From Candidatus Latescibacterota bacterium (lineage in GTDB: Bacteria > Latescibacterota > UBA2968), in assembly GCA_965208125.1 (NCBI GenBank), contig OZ242320.1:1280001-1344000 (forward strand): DNA of 64,000 nt, written 5' to 3'. The notes below the pieces were generated by a model. It searched no databases. It saw only the letters and a list, made by a program, of their open reading frames with translations, and was not told the DNA's origin. Each line of letters opens with the position of its first letter. Position 1 is the stretch's first letter. Of this stretch, positions 47,412 through 57,910 are shown one piece after another. The position numbers were made by a program, and so were the translations under genes.

Positions 47412-47466
47412 GGGCGACCCCCTGTGGTCGCCCGCTGACTGGGACGGCACAGGGGCCGTCCCCTAC
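47408..47466. repeat. REP doublet (class A plus inverted class B)
   Basis: GTAGGGGCGACCccctgtGGTCGCCC-gctgact-GGGACGGCacagggGCCGTCCCCTAC. The first GTAG supplies the stop codon of the epimerase gene. Confidence 0.8.
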
Positions 47467-47490
47467 CGCTGATCGCTGAAAGCTTTTACC

Positions 47491-48084
47491 ATGACCGACC
47501 GATTACAACAACAAATTGCATTTCTCCTCGAAATCGATAAACTCAAACAAATCGTTCGGCAAACCTATTTGCTCGACGAAACGCGAAAAGAAAACGACGC
47601 CGAACACTCGTGGCATTTTGCCATGTTTGCACTCATCCTCGTGGAATACGCGCCCGAGCCAGTGGATATCCTGAAAGTAATCAAAATGGCACTGGTACAC
47701 GACCTCGTGGAAATCGACGCGGGCGACACTTTTCTCTACGACGAATCCGGCAATGCCGACAAAGCCGAACGCGAAGCAAAAGCTGCCGAACGCATCTTTG
47801 CACTCTTGCCTGCAGAACAGGGCGCAGAAATACGCGCATTGTGGGAAGAATTTGAAGCAAAAGAAACGCCCGAAGCAAAATTCGCAGGCGCGCTGGATCG
47901 ATTCCAACCCTTTCTACACAATTGCAATACTCAAGGACGCGCCTGGCAAGAGCACGGAATCACAGCCGACCGCGTCTTACAAAGCAACAGCCACATCTCA
48001 ATCGGCGCGCCCATTCTATGGAACCGCGTACAAGAATTGGTTGATGAAATGGTCGCTAAGGGATATATTGAGCCTGGAAAATAA
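47491..48084 (+). CDS. HD-domain hydrolase (HDDC2/YfbR-like)
   Basis: EIDKLK...R, ENDAEHSWH, LVHDLVEIDAGD, LWEEFE...T.EA.FA.ALDR.QP. Confidence 0.9.
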   Translation: MTDRLQQQIAFLLEIDKLKQIVRQTYLLDETRKENDAEHSWHFAMFALILVEYAPEPVDILKVIKMALVHDLVEIDAGDTFLYDESGNADKAEREAKAAERIFALLPAEQGAEIRALWEEFEAKETPEAKFAGALDRFQPFLHNCNTQGRAWQEHGITADRVLQSNSHISIGAPILWNRVQELVDEMVAKGYIEPGK

Positions 48085-48109
48085 TGACCAAAAAACTGGA
48101 GGACCGAAC

Positions 48110-49966
48110 ATGAGTCAGACACTCAAGGACTTATTGAATGATAGTTTTGAACAGCATGCGGATCGCACGGCGGTACGCGTATTGCGTCAACCAGAGGAAC
48201 CCGGCGAAAGGCGATTGCAATATGTGCCGTTGACATATCGGCAATTGAAGGCACAGCGAGACCGATTGGCATCGAGCCTGGCGCAAATAGGATTGGAAAA
48301 AGGGCAGCGTATCGGGCTACTGACCGATGGCGGTCTGGAATCTGTACTCGTCTTCCTATCCTGCGACATACTGGGATTATCAGCAGTGCCCATCTGCAAC
48401 AAATTGCCCGATGATCTGCTGGTACACAGCATCAACCACTCGGGCATTGCCTATTTGTTCACAGATACAAAAAGCCTGGAACAGGTCGAACGCGTGCGCG
48501 ATCAACTGAACAATCCGCCTCAGATCGTCCTGACAGAAGGACAGGGCGATAACGCACGCTCATTTTTTGACTTAATCCAAAAAGGCGCAGAATCACCGCC
48601 GCCAGACATAGCAATAGAACCCGACGACGAATCGAAAATCGTGTACACATCGGGATCATCGGGATTGCCCAAAGGCGTGGTTCAAACCCATGGCAATCTC
48701 GTCGGCAACCTCCTGTCCGTATGGGATACGATCAGCAACCGCGACCCCCTCATCTTATTCAAATCCGCGCCCGATTATCACACCATGGGCATATTAAATA
48801 TCTATTACCCCCTGGCAAAAGGCTGGACACTGGACCTGGCGCGGTCGCCGGATCGCGTACTCGTAGATATCCGATATTCTGAACCCCACGGCTTTTTGAC
48901 AGTCCCCCTGATCTTAGACAAAGTATTTGGCAATGTGCGAAAAGAAATTGATGCCGGTGGAGCAAAGGGCGCATTAGTCGCCCGGTCAGTAAGCGCCAAA
49001 CAGCGCGTTGCGCGCGGTGAAGCATCGGTCATTGACCACCTCGTCAATGCCACACTGGGCAAAAAGGTCGTCGGACAAATCAAAGAAAAACTCTCGCAGC
49101 GCGTGGGCAGTCACCTCGAATTGTTAATCGTCGGCTCGGCAAAAGCCGACCCCGAAGCCCTCGACTTTTTCCAGGACGTACTGGACATCACCTCGCTCGA
49201 AGGCTATGGCGTCACCGAATGCAGTCCGCTAATCGCGGCAAATGTTCTGAACGGACAAAAAACTGGCACCGTTGGAAAACCATTACAAGAAGTAAAAATC
49301 ATCGCCGAAACAGGCGAGGAAATCGCCCACGGTGACCCAAAAACAGGAACCTATAGCGGCAGCGGCGATGGCATTGGCGAATTGTGGGTACACGGCAATC
49401 ACGTCATGACGGGATATCTCAACGACCCCGAACGCACCGCCGAAGTACTCGTAACCGATGAAGCGGGCAAAGTGTGGTATCGCACAGGTGATTTGTTCAG
49501 CATGGACGACGAGGGATTTTTGACATTCCAGGGACGCTTTGGACGACAATTTAAATTGAGCAACGGCGAATTTGTCAATCCAGAACGCCTCGAACGCATA
49601 TTCGCCCGCGTATCGCTCATAGAACACGTCTTAATCTGCGGCGATCAGACCCGCACATTCCCCCTGCCCGTCGTCACCGTAAATGTAGAAGAAGCGCAAT
49701 TGCAAACAGATATTCCCGATCTCCCTACAAACGACGAGGAAGCACTGTGCAGCCATCCCGCAATAGCCGAACGCATTCGCGAACAATTGTTAAAAGAAGC
49801 CACGGCATCTGGCCTTCCCGCGCACGAGCGCCCGCAAAAAGTACTGATCTTGCCGGACCAGTTGAGCGAAGAAACGGGAACCCTCACGCGGGGATTAAAA
49901 AAGGTCGTACCCGGGAGAATTGAAGAAATTTACGCAAACGAAATCGCCGCAGCGTATGATGGATAA
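48110..49966 (+). CDS. AMP-binding enzyme (long-chain acyl-CoA synthetase-like)
   Basis: YTSGSSGLPKG, EGYGVTECSP, GEL.V.G..VM.GY, WYRTGDL, K...GE.V.P. RBS GGAGG before ATG 48110. Confidence 0.9.
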   Translation: MSQTLKDLLNDSFEQHADRTAVRVLRQPEEPGERRLQYVPLTYRQLKAQRDRLASSLAQIGLEKGQRIGLLTDGGLESVLVFLSCDILGLSAVPICNKLPDDLLVHSINHSGIAYLFTDTKSLEQVERVRDQLNNPPQIVLTEGQGDNARSFFDLIQKGAESPPPDIAIEPDDESKIVYTSGSSGLPKGVVQTHGNLVGNLLSVWDTISNRDPLILFKSAPDYHTMGILNIYYPLAKGWTLDLARSPDRVLVDIRYSEPHGFLTVPLILDKVFGNVRKEIDAGGAKGALVARSVSAKQRVARGEASVIDHLVNATLGKKVVGQIKEKLSQRVGSHLELLIVGSAKADPEALDFFQDVLDITSLEGYGVTECSPLIAANVLNGQKTGTVGKPLQEVKIIAETGEEIAHGDPKTGTYSGSGDGIGELWVHGNHVMTGYLNDPERTAEVLVTDEAGKVWYRTGDLFSMDDEGFLTFQGRFGRQFKLSNGEFVNPERLERIFARVSLIEHVLICGDQTRTFPLPVVTVNVEEAQLQTDIPDLPTNDEEALCSHPAIAERIREQLLKEATASGLPAHERPQKVLILPDQLSEETGTLTRGLKKVVPGRIEEIYANEIAAAYDG

Positions 49967-49971
49967 ACCCC

Positions 49972-51003
49972 ATGCCAATTTTAAACCCCGATAAACTGCG
50001 GCGCATCGGCCGCGAAGTCTTCGAACGCATAGGCGCAACGCCCGAAGAAGCCCAAATTGTGGCTGATCTGCTCGTATCGTCCAATCTCGCGGGACACGAC
50101 TCGCACGGCGTAGTCCGCATTCCGCAATACGTATCCGGCGTTCAGAGCGGTCAAATACAACTCGGAACAACCGTGGAAATCGAGCGGGAAACCGATGCAA
50201 CAGCCGTCGTAAACGGACACTGGGGATTTGGGCACGTAACCGCAACAGAAGCCATGCACATCGCCATCCAAAAAGCCCGAAAAAGTGCCGTTGGCATCGC
50301 AACAGTACACCAGTGCAATCACATCGGACGATTGGGTGGATATCCCGTCCTCGCCGCGGCTGAAAACATGGCCGGACTAATGAGCAACAACGGTCACGGC
50401 GCCGACCTCTCCATGGCACCCTGGGGAGGACTGGGACGCATCCTGCCCGCGAATTGCCTCGCCGTTGCATTTCCCTCAGACCGAGACTTTCCCATTGCAC
50501 TGGACTTAACCGCCGCAACCGCGGCAGGTGGCAAAATGAGGGTCGCTCTTGCCCGGGGCGAACGCGTACCCGAAAATTGGCTAATCGACGCCGAAGGCAA
50601 CCCCACGACAGATCCCGCCGACTACGTACACGGCAATGCCGCACTAACCCCCTTTGGCGACCACAAAGGATATGGCCTATCATTCATCTTCGACATCTTA
50701 TCCGGCGCCCTATCGCCTGCCGGTTGCACCCGCAAAAACTCACCCGTAACGGGCAACGCCCTATTTGTACAGGCCATTCGCATCGATGCGTTCCAGCCCA
50801 TCGCCGATTTTAAAGCCGAAGTCGGACGATTCATCGACTACGTAAAATCGGCAAAAACCGCACCGGGATTTGACGAAATACTCGTACCCGGCGAACGCTC
50901 CTATCGCACGGGTTGTGAACGCGAGGCAAATGGGATTCCCTTAGAAGAAATGACCTGGGAACAAATTTGCGAAACCGCAAAAAAATTTGATGTGGAAATT
51001 TAA
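49972..51003 (+). CDS. Ldh_2 family (malate/lactate/ureidoglycolate-type) dehydrogenase
   Basis: G.DSHG..R..Y, HIGRLG.Y, G.PTTDP, FGDHKGYGL, PGE. Confidence 0.9.
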   Translation: MPILNPDKLRRIGREVFERIGATPEEAQIVADLLVSSNLAGHDSHGVVRIPQYVSGVQSGQIQLGTTVEIERETDATAVVNGHWGFGHVTATEAMHIAIQKARKSAVGIATVHQCNHIGRLGGYPVLAAAENMAGLMSNNGHGADLSMAPWGGLGRILPANCLAVAFPSDRDFPIALDLTAATAAGGKMRVALARGERVPENWLIDAEGNPTTDPADYVHGNAALTPFGDHKGYGLSFIFDILSGALSPAGCTRKNSPVTGNALFVQAIRIDAFQPIADFKAEVGRFIDYVKSAKTAPGFDEILVPGERSYRTGCEREANGIPLEEMTWEQICETAKKFDVEI

Positions 51004-51127
51004 GAATGCTTCAAATATCTACTTGCAGTAAATGTATTCCCCTTCTTCTGGCTCTCTACCTCCAAATGGTTTCATCACCGCACGGGTCGCACGCGTCTCT
51101 CTCTCCTCAACCACAGGCTTTGGCACG

Positions 51128-53020
51128 CTAAAACTGCACATCAACCCCTCTTGTCCGAAGAGCGGGAATGTGCGTATTGCGCGATATGGCACTTAGCGGG
51201 TTATTCCTCACATCAACCCTATCGCCACTACCCAATCCCGTATTTGCAACCAATGGTGCGATATCCGAGATATTGTTTTCGCGAAGCCACAGCACTGTCA
51301 GGTTGGTCAGGGAAGACAGTGACGATATGTCCGAGATGCTGTTGAAGCGAAGATACAGATTTGTCAACCCGGTCAAGCGAGATAAGGGTGTGATATCCGA
51401 AATCCTGTTGCCGGAAAGCTCCAGCCATGCCAGCATGGTCAAGCCGGATAGAGGTGTGATGGCCGAGATACTGTTGCCGGAAAGACTCAGCCTTGTCAGA
51501 TTGGTCAAGCCGGACAGAGGTGTGATGTCCGAGATGCTGTTGCTGTTGACAAGAGTGTTATCCACAACCTCGTAACCGAGGTCCAGCACTGTTAGACCAG
51601 TTGCAAACTCAAGCCCGGTCAAATCGCTGATGTTCGAGTTCGGTGCCTCAAGGCGCGTCAAGCTCGCCATCTCGGATGGAGTGATCGGCGCACCACTCGC
51701 CTTGTTCAGACTGTCCTCAATAACAGCGCGAAGGTTCGCATCTTGGATACGCACGGTTGGAGGGGGTGATGGCGGCTGTTGCTCACAGGTAGTGTCGAAC
51801 ACATCGACAAAGAGCATAAAATCTGCCACATCTATCGTCCCATTGCTGTCCATGTCCATCAGTACGTTATACGTCGCATCACCAGATCGCTTGCCAAACA
51901 CGTCACCAAAAAGCATAAAATCTGCCATGTTGACGATCTCATTGTCGTCAAAATCGCCAGGACAAATGGACACGGGCACAAAGGAAAGCGCCGCGTTGGA
52001 CACATCCAGAGATTGTAGTCCCTCACCCGCAACAGCAAGAAAAGCACTTGTAACGCGCAGCGTGTCTTCGTCGGTCAGCACACCTGTCACCTCAAGGTCT
52101 ATTTGACCCAGATATCCTGTCATAGGTGCAGTCGCAGCATAGATAAACAGCCCACTCAGCGTCGGGTTGTCCGATACAGATAATCCGGAGTAGAGGGAAC
52201 CCCCCATCCAATCACTGCCGGATATGCTACTGATAAAATTGGCAAATGTCTTGCCCTGTAAGGCCAGTTCGAGTGTGAAAGCCTGGATGTCCTGACCTGC
52301 TGCATCGGGCACAAAAAGCTGAATTTGGAGAGTATCTCCCGGCCTATTACCCGTGAAGGTCAGCACGTTGTTGTTCTGTGCAGGACTTTCAATCTGTGTA
52401 TCGAGATGAAGAAGTGGAGACTCAACGGGCGGTGTCGGATCTGGCGGTGTCGGATCTGGCGGTGTCGGATCTGGCGGTGTCGGATCTGGCGGTGTCGGGT
52501 CAACCGTCTTAGTATTAAACATGATGGCACCTGACACGCCAGCCTTGACAACAGCTAATATAGCGTCGGGAAGACCTGAGGCCACAATACTCTCAGGATC
52601 AATACCAATGGAAAACGTCTCACCCGCTGCTATATCTCTTTTTATGGTAAACGTAATCGTCGCCAACACTGCGGGCGGAACGACCGGACCTGCTCCCGAT
52701 GCATTGACCCAAACTAAATTGCCACCAAAGTTAAACAGGCCAGTAAGATCATACCCATTGCCATTTACAGCTGTCGTAAGCTCTAAAAGATCCCCATCAA
52801 AAACAGGTGAAAAGCTGTAACTCTGCAAAGGAGGAAGGGAAATACCCGTTATGGACAATTCAACAACAACCTCCGTACCTGCTGCTCCGGAGACCACGTT
52901 TTTGGTGCCACCTGCACCAGGAACATGTTTGAACGACACTGGCGACACCTGTGCAGAAACCTGACCTGCAAACACAAGCAACGTCAGGGCGACCATTAAA
53001 AACAAATTCTTGCGTGTCAT
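51128..53020 (-). CDS. Secreted multidomain protein: cohesin-like, (PTPPD)n linker, dockerin/EF-hand pair, internalin-like LRRs
   Basis: Signal peptide (VSA|Q), DFDDNEIVNMADF and DMDSNGTIDVADF, IQDANLRAVI cap, 22-aa LRRs (N.ISDITPLSGLT.L..L.L). Confidence 0.8.
   Translation of the reverse strand: MTRKNLFLMVALTLLVFAGQVSAQVSPVSFKHVPGAGGTKNVVSGAAGTEVVVELSITGISLPPLQSYSFSPVFDGDLLELTTAVNGNGYDLTGLFNFGGNLVWVNASGAGPVVPPAVLATITFTIKRDIAAGETFSIGIDPESIVASGLPDAILAVVKAGVSGAIMFNTKTVDPTPPDPTPPDPTPPDPTPPDPTPPVESPLLHLDTQIESPAQNNNVLTFTGNRPGDTLQIQLFVPDAAGQDIQAFTLELALQGKTFANFISSISGSDWMGGSLYSGLSVSDNPTLSGLFIYAATAPMTGYLGQIDLEVTGVLTDEDTLRVTSAFLAVAGEGLQSLDVSNAALSFVPVSICPGDFDDNEIVNMADFMLFGDVFGKRSGDATYNVLMDMDSNGTIDVADFMLFVDVFDTTCEQQPPSPPPTVRIQDANLRAVIEDSLNKASGAPITPSEMASLTRLEAPNSNISDLTGLEFATGLTVLDLGYEVVDNTLVNSNSISDITPLSGLTNLTRLSLSGNSISAITPLSGLTMLAWLELSGNRISDITPLSRLTGLTNLYLRFNSISDISSLSSLTNLTVLWLRENNISDIAPLVANTGLGSGDRVDVRNNPLSAISRNTHIPALRTRGVDVQF
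52428..52502. repeat. 15-bp tandem repeat x5 (Pro-rich linker)
   Basis: (GGCGGTGTCGGATCT)4 plus one variant copy. Confidence 0.95.
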
Positions 53021-53229
53021 CTTCCAATTCCTCCCTTCAGGATACAACGACAGCGCCGTGTTGCGGATAAGGGGCAGCGAGAGCCTGCCTCGTGATGATT
53101 CTACTGAAAAAATAATTCAATAACGTTTGCAATACAATAAAATATATGGGTGCATTCCTGTGTAAAGGCAGCGGTGGGTGGCTATGCCTTAGCCATTTGC
53201 GGAATTGGATCAACTAACAGCCTCAACCA

Positions 53230-53267
53230 AACAAAAAACCCGTTCCTTATGGCGCGGGTTTTTTGTT
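53230..53267 (-). terminator. Intrinsic terminator
   Basis: AACAAAAAACCCG...CGGGTTTTTTGTT immediately after the DUF4097 gene stop. Confidence 0.7.
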
Positions 53268-53275
53268 AAATCACC

Positions 53276-54649
53276 TTATTTTTCAGGTGGATCAGGTGGA
53301 TCAGGTGGATCAGGTGGTTCGGGTGGCGTGGGCGTTTCAGGCGCATCTATCTCTTCATCTGAATGCAAGCTCAGACTGCCCCGACCGAGTTCAATCGCAA
53401 CCTTAGTACCTCCGCCATTGAGCCGACCCGTCACAACCTGTGAAGTGCGCGACACGCCGGTAATAGACAGAGGCAGGTCGGTCTGGATACTCCCGCGCCC
53501 GACATAACCGTGTACATCGACTGCCGAACCATCGGGAATAATGAGATCAACCGCACCATCTTTATTTTGAATCGCGTAGTCATCGCCAATGGGTTTGTGT
53601 GGACGCACCGCAATATTGCTGCCGCGGCTTTGTATCATGACGCCCGCTGCGGGATTTTCAATTTCGATAGCTCCCCGGTTGGCCTGTACAGTAGTTGCAC
53701 CGGCAATATTTTTCAGGCGCGTTGTACCGCGATTATTTTTCACAACCGCACGACCACCAACCCGACCAACGTTAATCGAACCGCGGTTACTTTTTGCACT
53801 AAAATTACCTCCAACATGTTGCACCGCGACATCGCCGCGGTTCTGTTTGACCCTTATATTGCCCGACGCGCCTTCAAAAATCGTTTTACCGCGGTGATTA
53901 TTGAGATTTGCTGCACCATCAATTTGGGGAAGCGTGATATTTCCGCGACTGGCTCGCACATCGAGATCAACTTTTTCGGGATGACGCAACTCAAAGTCGA
54001 TCATCACAGATCGAATCGGATCGCCTTTTTTGCGTTTGGGCACATTGGGTCGTATCTGCACAGCATCGGATTCCCGCCGTACTTGAATATCAATTTGCTC
54101 GGCAAAAGCCTGCACCGCTTCTTCATCAGTTCCCCAAACCGAAATCGTCGCGTCAACCTGAACCTCATCGCGATCCCAAATTTTTGAAGTAACATGGCCT
54201 CTTGGCGTCCGTACGGATAGGCGATCAGAGACCTGGATCGGTGTTGTCTCAACCTGTTGTCGAACAGCTTTTTCGGGATGCTTTCTATCGCTATCTTCCA
54301 CCCATTGTGAAACGGCTTCAGACGCTGTTTGCATCGCTTCCTGAACAATCTCGCCCACATCGGGAATTGAGCGCATAGCCTCGCGCACCGCGCGTCTGGC
54401 TCTGGGCATAGACTTACGCAGGGTCTCTTGCGCTTCGCGGATGCTTTCCTGCACTTTAACCTGAATATCCGCACCGCCGCGTCGGCGTCGGCGTTGGCGC
54501 TGCCGACTTCCATTGCGTCTGCGCTGGCGACCTTCACCTCGCGGTTCTTCTGCGGTATCCCCAAGCGCATCGAGTAATTTCACTGCATCTTCTGCCGTTA
54601 TTTTTCCATCCTGAATCATCTCGAGAACCTTCATGCGTTCTTCTTTCAC
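53276..54649 (-). CDS. DUF4097 beta-strand-repeat protein with N-terminal SHOCT-like helix (YvlB/LiaX-like)
   Basis: EERMKVLEM..DGKIT.EDA..LL.AL, repeated (N/S)RG.I.. beta units, G.L.GGG..V, Pro-rich tail from a 9-bp TCAGGTGGA repeat. Confidence 0.85.
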   Translation of the reverse strand: MKEERMKVLEMIQDGKITAEDAVKLLDALGDTAEEPRGEGRQRRRNGSRQRQRRRRRGGADIQVKVQESIREAQETLRKSMPRARRAVREAMRSIPDVGEIVQEAMQTASEAVSQWVEDSDRKHPEKAVRQQVETTPIQVSDRLSVRTPRGHVTSKIWDRDEVQVDATISVWGTDEEAVQAFAEQIDIQVRRESDAVQIRPNVPKRKKGDPIRSVMIDFELRHPEKVDLDVRASRGNITLPQIDGAANLNNHRGKTIFEGASGNIRVKQNRGDVAVQHVGGNFSAKSNRGSINVGRVGGRAVVKNNRGTTRLKNIAGATTVQANRGAIEIENPAAGVMIQSRGSNIAVRPHKPIGDDYAIQNKDGAVDLIIPDGSAVDVHGYVGRGSIQTDLPLSITGVSRTSQVVTGRLNGGGTKVAIELGRGSLSLHSDEEIDAPETPTPPEPPDPPDPPDPPEK

Positions 54650-54664
54650 GATATACTCCTTTCT

Positions 54665-55054
54665 TTATTCTCTCTTCATTCTTTCGAGTTCTTCCGCTGC
54701 ATTCTCCACCGTAATCTCACCGGATTCGAGACGGTCGAGAACCTCTTGCTGGGAAGCAGTGGACAAATCCTCCCCCTCGGGATGTGTTCCCGTTGCAAAA
54801 CCGAGTTCTGCAATCACATCGTCGAGATGGTTGCGAATCGTGCTATAGGGCACGCGGAGTTCGCGCGTCATCTCTCTGACATTGCCACGCAATCGGACAA
54901 ATGTCTCGACAAAAGTCAGATTTTCGGGCGTCAGCCGGTTAAAAATCGTGGGCTGAAACTCTCCAATAACCTCACATTCACATTGCGTACAGCGAATGCG
55001 GGTGACAATCACATCATTCTGGCAGGCTGGGCATTTTTCAATAATTTTACGCAT
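54665..55054 (-). CDS. DUF2089 family protein (Zn ribbon plus HTH)
   Basis: CPAC...V.RI.C..C...V.GEF, FV..F....GN..EM...L..PY.TIR..LD..I, L..GEIT.E.A. Confidence 0.9.
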   Translation of the reverse strand: MRKIIEKCPACQNDVIVTRIRCTQCECEVIGEFQPTIFNRLTPENLTFVETFVRLRGNVREMTRELRVPYSTIRNHLDDVIAELGFATGTHPEGEDLSTASQQEVLDRLESGEITVENAAEELERMKRE

Positions 55055-55306
55055 TTCTCTCCTTTTTTTCATTTTAGACATCATTTTTTAACAAAAAGTT
55101 TCACAAAAATATAAAATATTTCATATTTTCATGCAAATTATTTTTTACAACAACTGATCTATCAAATAAATTTGATTACATCCTTATATTTATCTAAGAC
55201 TGGATTAAGACAATAAACTTATTTGAAGGACCAAAACCTTCTCATTTGACTTTTTCTAATAATTTCTTTCCTTGTTATGTCCTCTCACCCCATAACAAGG
55301 CTCCCA

Positions 55307-57898
55307 ATGACACGCCTACTAATCGTCCTCATCGCACTGATCGGCCTGAGCACATCGGCTCAGTCTCGCGTTGACCTCAGCTATTACTTGCCCGAGGGAA
55401 CGACCTACAATCCCGACATCCCCACACCCGAAGCCTTTTTCGGATTTCAGATTGGCGATTGGCACCTGCGGCACGACCTCATCGTGAACTACATGCACGC
55501 ATTGGCCGAACGCTCCGAACGCATAGTCCTCACGCAATATGCCCAAACACACCAGCAGCGCCCCCTATTATTACTCACCATCACATCCCAGCAAAATCAC
55601 CAGAATCTCGAAACCATCCAGATACAACACCGGCAACTCACAAACCCGGACCAGTCGCCCGCGCTCGACATCAACACAATGCCCGTAGTCGTGTACATGG
55701 GATATAGCATCCACGGCAATGAACCCAGCGGCGGCAACGCCACGCCATTAATTGCATATCATCTGGCGGCGGCGCAAGGTCCTGCCATAGACAACCTGCT
55801 CGCCAACGCCGTCATCTTGCTCGATCCCGTATCCAATCCCGATGGCTTTGACCGCTTTGCACACTGGGCAAACACCCACCGCAGCAAACAACTCATTGCC
55901 GACCCCGAACACCGGGAACATCGAGAAATCTGGCCGAGCGGACGCACCAATCACTACTGGTTTGACCTCAACCGCGACTGGGTGTTTATCCAGCATCCCG
56001 AAAGCCGGGGGCGGATTGAAACCTTCCACGCGTGGAAGCCCAACATGCTCACCGATCACCATGAAATGAACACCAATTCCACTTACTTTTTTCAACCGGG
56101 CATACCCTCGCGCAACAATCCCCTCACCCCGGCACGCACCTATGAACTCACCGCTGCAATCGCCAAACGCCACGTCAGCGCGCTCAATGAAATCGGCACC
56201 CTGTATTACACGCAGGAATCATTCGACGACTTTTACATCGGCAAGGGATCGACCTATCCCGATCTCAATGGCGGCGTGGGCCTTCTCTTTGAGCAAGCCA
56301 GCGCACGCGGGCTTATACAAGAAAGCATTCACGGACCGATCTCCTTTCCCTTTGCCATACGCAATCAGGTACGAACTGCCCTATCAGCACTCAAAGCAGC
56401 CCGTGAACTGCGCACCGAACTGCTATCGCATCAACGCGATTTTTACATCTCCGCATCCCGGGACGCCACAAGTTCCGCCATCAAAGCTTATGTCTTTGGC
56501 GACCCGGATGACGTGGCGCGCACCCATCATTTTATCGACATACTCCAGCAGCACCACATACAGATTTACGACCTCGCGCGCCCCCTGCGCGTCGGCGGTC
56601 AGACCTTCCGGCCCGGCTCGTCCTATATCATTCCCACCGCGCAACCGCAATACCGCCTGCTCACCAGCCTGTTTGAACGCCGAACGACCTTTCGTGACAG
56701 CTTATTTTACGATGTCTCGGCCTGGACATTACCCCTATCTTTTAACATGCCCCTGGTCGAAATCAAATCGTCATCCCAGGAATTTATCGGCGACCTGTTG
56801 CCACCGTCTAAATTTCCTCGAGGCCGCCTGTCTGCCTTCAACCCGGAGATCAACACTTATGCGTACCTTTTTGAATGGAATGGACATTATGCACCCCGCG
56901 CACTCTACCGCCTGCAAAAAGCCGGCATAAGAGCTAAAGTAGCCTCGCGACCGTTCGGCATGCGTATTTCCTCAGACTCGGAGAATGAGCACTTATTTGA
57001 CTACGGCACCATACTCATCCCCATGGGCATTCAAAAAAATGATCCACAGGCGATTCGAAACCTCCTGCAAACAATCGCACGCGAAGATGCGCTTGAAGTA
57101 TTTGCCGTCTCCACCGGACAGACCGACAGCGGTATTGACCTGGGCAGCCCGGGGTTTGTCCCTCTCAAAACACCTCAAATAGCCCTTTTAATAGGCAAAG
57201 GCACCGATGTCTATAACGCCGGTGAAGTGTGGCATTTATTAGACCAGCGCTATAATATGTCCATCAGTCTCATAGACGTCAGCCATGTGCGCGATATAGA
57301 CCTCAATCGCTACAATACGGTAATCGCAGCAGGCGGATCTTATAGCAACCTCGACTCCACAGGTGTCAACGCCTTAAAACAGTGGCTGCGTCAGGGCAAT
57401 ACGCTCATAGCACTCAACAGTGCGGTTCGCTGGGCCATCAATTCCAAACTCGCCAGTGCCCAATTCGTCGAGCGAAATCGAGAAAATCGCAGCGAACGCA
57501 AAGCTTATATCAATGCACCCAGCGATCGGGGAGCGCAAATCATTGGCGGCGCTATCTTTCAAGTTCACCTGGATCGCACCCATCCCCTCGCCTATGGGTA
57601 TCGCAGCGATATTCTGCCGGTCTTTCGGCGCGGCACGCTCTTTATCAAACCAGTAAACCCTTATGCCACCCCTTTGCAATACACCAAACAGCCCTTACTC
57701 GCGGGTTATATCTCCGAACAGAACCACAATTACATCGCCGAATCCGCATCCACTCTCGTCGCCAAACAGGGCAATGGCCGCGTCATACTCATGCTCGACA
57801 ACCCCACCTTCCGCGCCTATTGGTACGGCACCCAAAAACTTTTTGCCAACGCCCTCTTCTTTGGCCCCACCATCCGTCTTAGCACATTGGATGAATAA
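55307..57898 (+). CDS. M14 zinc carboxypeptidase family protein, secreted
   Basis: Signal peptide, IHGNE.SG, NPDG, R.NHY.FDLNRD, DHHEM, LFEQAS. Start 55277 is also possible. Confidence 0.9.
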   Translation: MTRLLIVLIALIGLSTSAQSRVDLSYYLPEGTTYNPDIPTPEAFFGFQIGDWHLRHDLIVNYMHALAERSERIVLTQYAQTHQQRPLLLLTITSQQNHQNLETIQIQHRQLTNPDQSPALDINTMPVVVYMGYSIHGNEPSGGNATPLIAYHLAAAQGPAIDNLLANAVILLDPVSNPDGFDRFAHWANTHRSKQLIADPEHREHREIWPSGRTNHYWFDLNRDWVFIQHPESRGRIETFHAWKPNMLTDHHEMNTNSTYFFQPGIPSRNNPLTPARTYELTAAIAKRHVSALNEIGTLYYTQESFDDFYIGKGSTYPDLNGGVGLLFEQASARGLIQESIHGPISFPFAIRNQVRTALSALKAARELRTELLSHQRDFYISASRDATSSAIKAYVFGDPDDVARTHHFIDILQQHHIQIYDLARPLRVGGQTFRPGSSYIIPTAQPQYRLLTSLFERRTTFRDSLFYDVSAWTLPLSFNMPLVEIKSSSQEFIGDLLPPSKFPRGRLSAFNPEINTYAYLFEWNGHYAPRALYRLQKAGIRAKVASRPFGMRISSDSENEHLFDYGTILIPMGIQKNDPQAIRNLLQTIAREDALEVFAVSTGQTDSGIDLGSPGFVPLKTPQIALLIGKGTDVYNAGEVWHLLDQRYNMSISLIDVSHVRDIDLNRYNTVIAAGGSYSNLDSTGVNALKQWLRQGNTLIALNSAVRWAINSKLASAQFVERNRENRSERKAYINAPSDRGAQIIGGAIFQVHLDRTHPLAYGYRSDILPVFRRGTLFIKPVNPYATPLQYTKQPLLAGYISEQNHNYIAESASTLVAKQGNGRVILMLDNPTFRAYWYGTQKLFANALFFGPTIRLSTLDE

Positions 57899-57910
57899 TC
57901 GGCGCATATC

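Noticed and set aside
47753-48109. N-terminal extensions given by the ORF track (also 6598-6693, 13462-13551, 31739-31882, 58825-58953)
   Set aside because: They overlap neighbouring genes or lack homology-like character. Downstream starts fit better and most have a clear RBS.
52428-52502. CRISPR-like array
   Set aside because: Contiguous 15-bp units without spacers, in frame within a CDS. The same applies to the 66-bp LRR units and the 9-bp repeat near 53283.
53040-53225. Riboswitch or tRNA in long intergenic regions (also 21300-21530, 43360-43590)
   Set aside because: No recognisable aptamer consensus or cloverleaf/T-loop. An Infernal scan would be needed to exclude them fully.
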